This document shows, in pieces, positions 63,560-64,000 of a stretch of 64,000 nucleotides of DNA. This DNA comes from an uncultured bacterium (GTDB taxonomy: Bacteria; Myxococcota_A; UBA9160; SMWR01), in assembly GCA_937937315.1 (NCBI GenBank), contig CALDCK010000066.1, positions 16,684 through 80,683 of the forward strand. The letters are read 5' to 3'. The notes under the pieces were generated by a model. That model had not been told where the DNA came from and did no database searches. It worked only from the letters and a program-made list of their open reading frames with translations. Position 1 is the first letter of the stretch. Every line of letters begins with the position of its first letter. Made by a program: the position numbers and the translations under genes.

Positions 63560-64000
63560 ATGTCCACGGTTCACGGCGGAAAGCTGGCGGCGCGCGCACT
63601 CAAGGAAGCCGGCGTCGAGTGTGTCTTCACCCTCTGCGGCGGCCACATCATGCCGCTCTACGACGGCTGCAAGGAGGAGGGGATCCGCATCATCGACGTC
63701 CGCCATGAGCAGGCGGCGGTGCATGCGGCGGATGCCTGGGCGCGCTGCAATCCCGGGAAGATCGGCGTCGCCGCGATCACCGCGGGCCCGGGCGTCACCG
63801 ACGGCGTGACCGGCATCGCCAACGCCTGGCGCGCCAACTCGCCCATCCTCGTCTTCGGCGGACAGGGCCCCTTCGAGAACCTGCGCCGCGGCTCTCTCCA
63901 GGAGATGGACCACATCGGCGTCGTGCGCCCCATCACGAAGTTCGCCGACGCCATCTACCAGACCCACCGGATCCCCGAGTACATCGAGCTGGCGATCCGC
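63560..64000 (+). CDS. Thiamine-diphosphate-dependent enzyme (acetolactate synthase/oxalyl-CoA decarboxylase-like), N-terminal part; runs off the right edge
   Basis: Not in the ORF track because it has no stop in the window. Manual translation gives MSTVHGGKLAARALKEAGVECVFTLCGGHIMPLYDG...VRHEQAAVHAADAWAR...AAITAGPGVTDGVTGIANAW...LVFGGQ, the typical TPP_enzyme_N domain. Confidence 0.8.
   Translation, partial: MSTVHGGKLAARALKEAGVECVFTLCGGHIMPLYDGCKEEGIRIIDVRHEQAAVHAADAWARCNPGKIGVAAITAGPGVTDGVTGIANAWRANSPILVFGGQGPFENLRRGSLQEMDHIGVVRPITKFADAIYQTHRIPEYIELAIR

Overview
The window is visibly GC-rich (GC not computed), densely packed chromosomal DNA from a Gram-negative bacterium. It encodes Pal, many lipobox lipoproteins, and sigma-54 and two-component regulators. 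The content looks deltaproteobacterial or Myxococcota-like, but that placement is an inference. I support about 60 protein-coding genes. I found no rRNA, tRNA, CRISPR array, transposase, integrase or prophage gene.

The supplied ORF track contains many very long Arg/Gly/Ala/Pro-rich ORFs. These are antisense or off-frame artefacts of the GC content. The track also omits two real genes cut by the window edges: a GH2 glycosidase at the left edge and a TPP enzyme at the right edge. Many track starts are over-extended, so I trimmed them to starts with an RBS or translational coupling (ATGA/GTGA overlaps).

Gene content, left to right:
- GH2 glycosidase.
- A sensory cluster with two hemerythrins, three stand-alone CBS-pair proteins, a globin-coupled histidine kinase and an NtrC-type sigma-54 activator.
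- M48 peptidase, GH3 glycosidase and several SDRs.
- An NfeD-SPFH pair with a TerB-like/dodecin fusion.
- A BadH/BadI-like pair and a PQQ dehydrogenase.
- A neutral-lipid locus with two divergent WS/DGAT genes, an APH-like kinase and an alpha/beta hydrolase.
- DUF5666 lipoprotein, M19 dipeptidase and an LLM oxidoreductase.
- A Crp-family regulator, a small secreted His-rich protein and a DUF1329 protein.
- A COG1579 zinc-ribbon protein and a TPR-zincin fusion.
- glcDEF, two unknown lipoproteins and cimA.
- RluA-family synthase, flavodoxin-like protein, metallophosphoesterase and GNAT.
- A thiolase-like/DUF35 fusion, sppA, and thiI.
- A UGA-containing peroxiredoxin-like gene, then asd, pal and a TPP enzyme.

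Most interesting observations:
1. Three near-identical sigma-54 -24/-12 promoters (TGGCAC-N5-GTGC[A/T]) sit exactly in front of the CBS genes and the activator gene, next to the heme-globin kinase. This predicts a previously undescribed gas/redox-responsive sigma-54 regulon.
2. A thioredoxin-fold peroxiredoxin-like gene carries an in-frame TGA at the catalytic Cys position, followed by a SECIS-like hairpin. It is a candidate selenoprotein.
3. A perfect TGTGA-N6-TCACA site lies next to a Crp-family regulator and upstream of a tiny His-rich secreted protein.
4. A thiolase fold lacking the nucleophile Cys is fused to a DUF35 OB domain.

All family calls rest on motifs I read in the translations and on recalled reference sequences. 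No database search was run.
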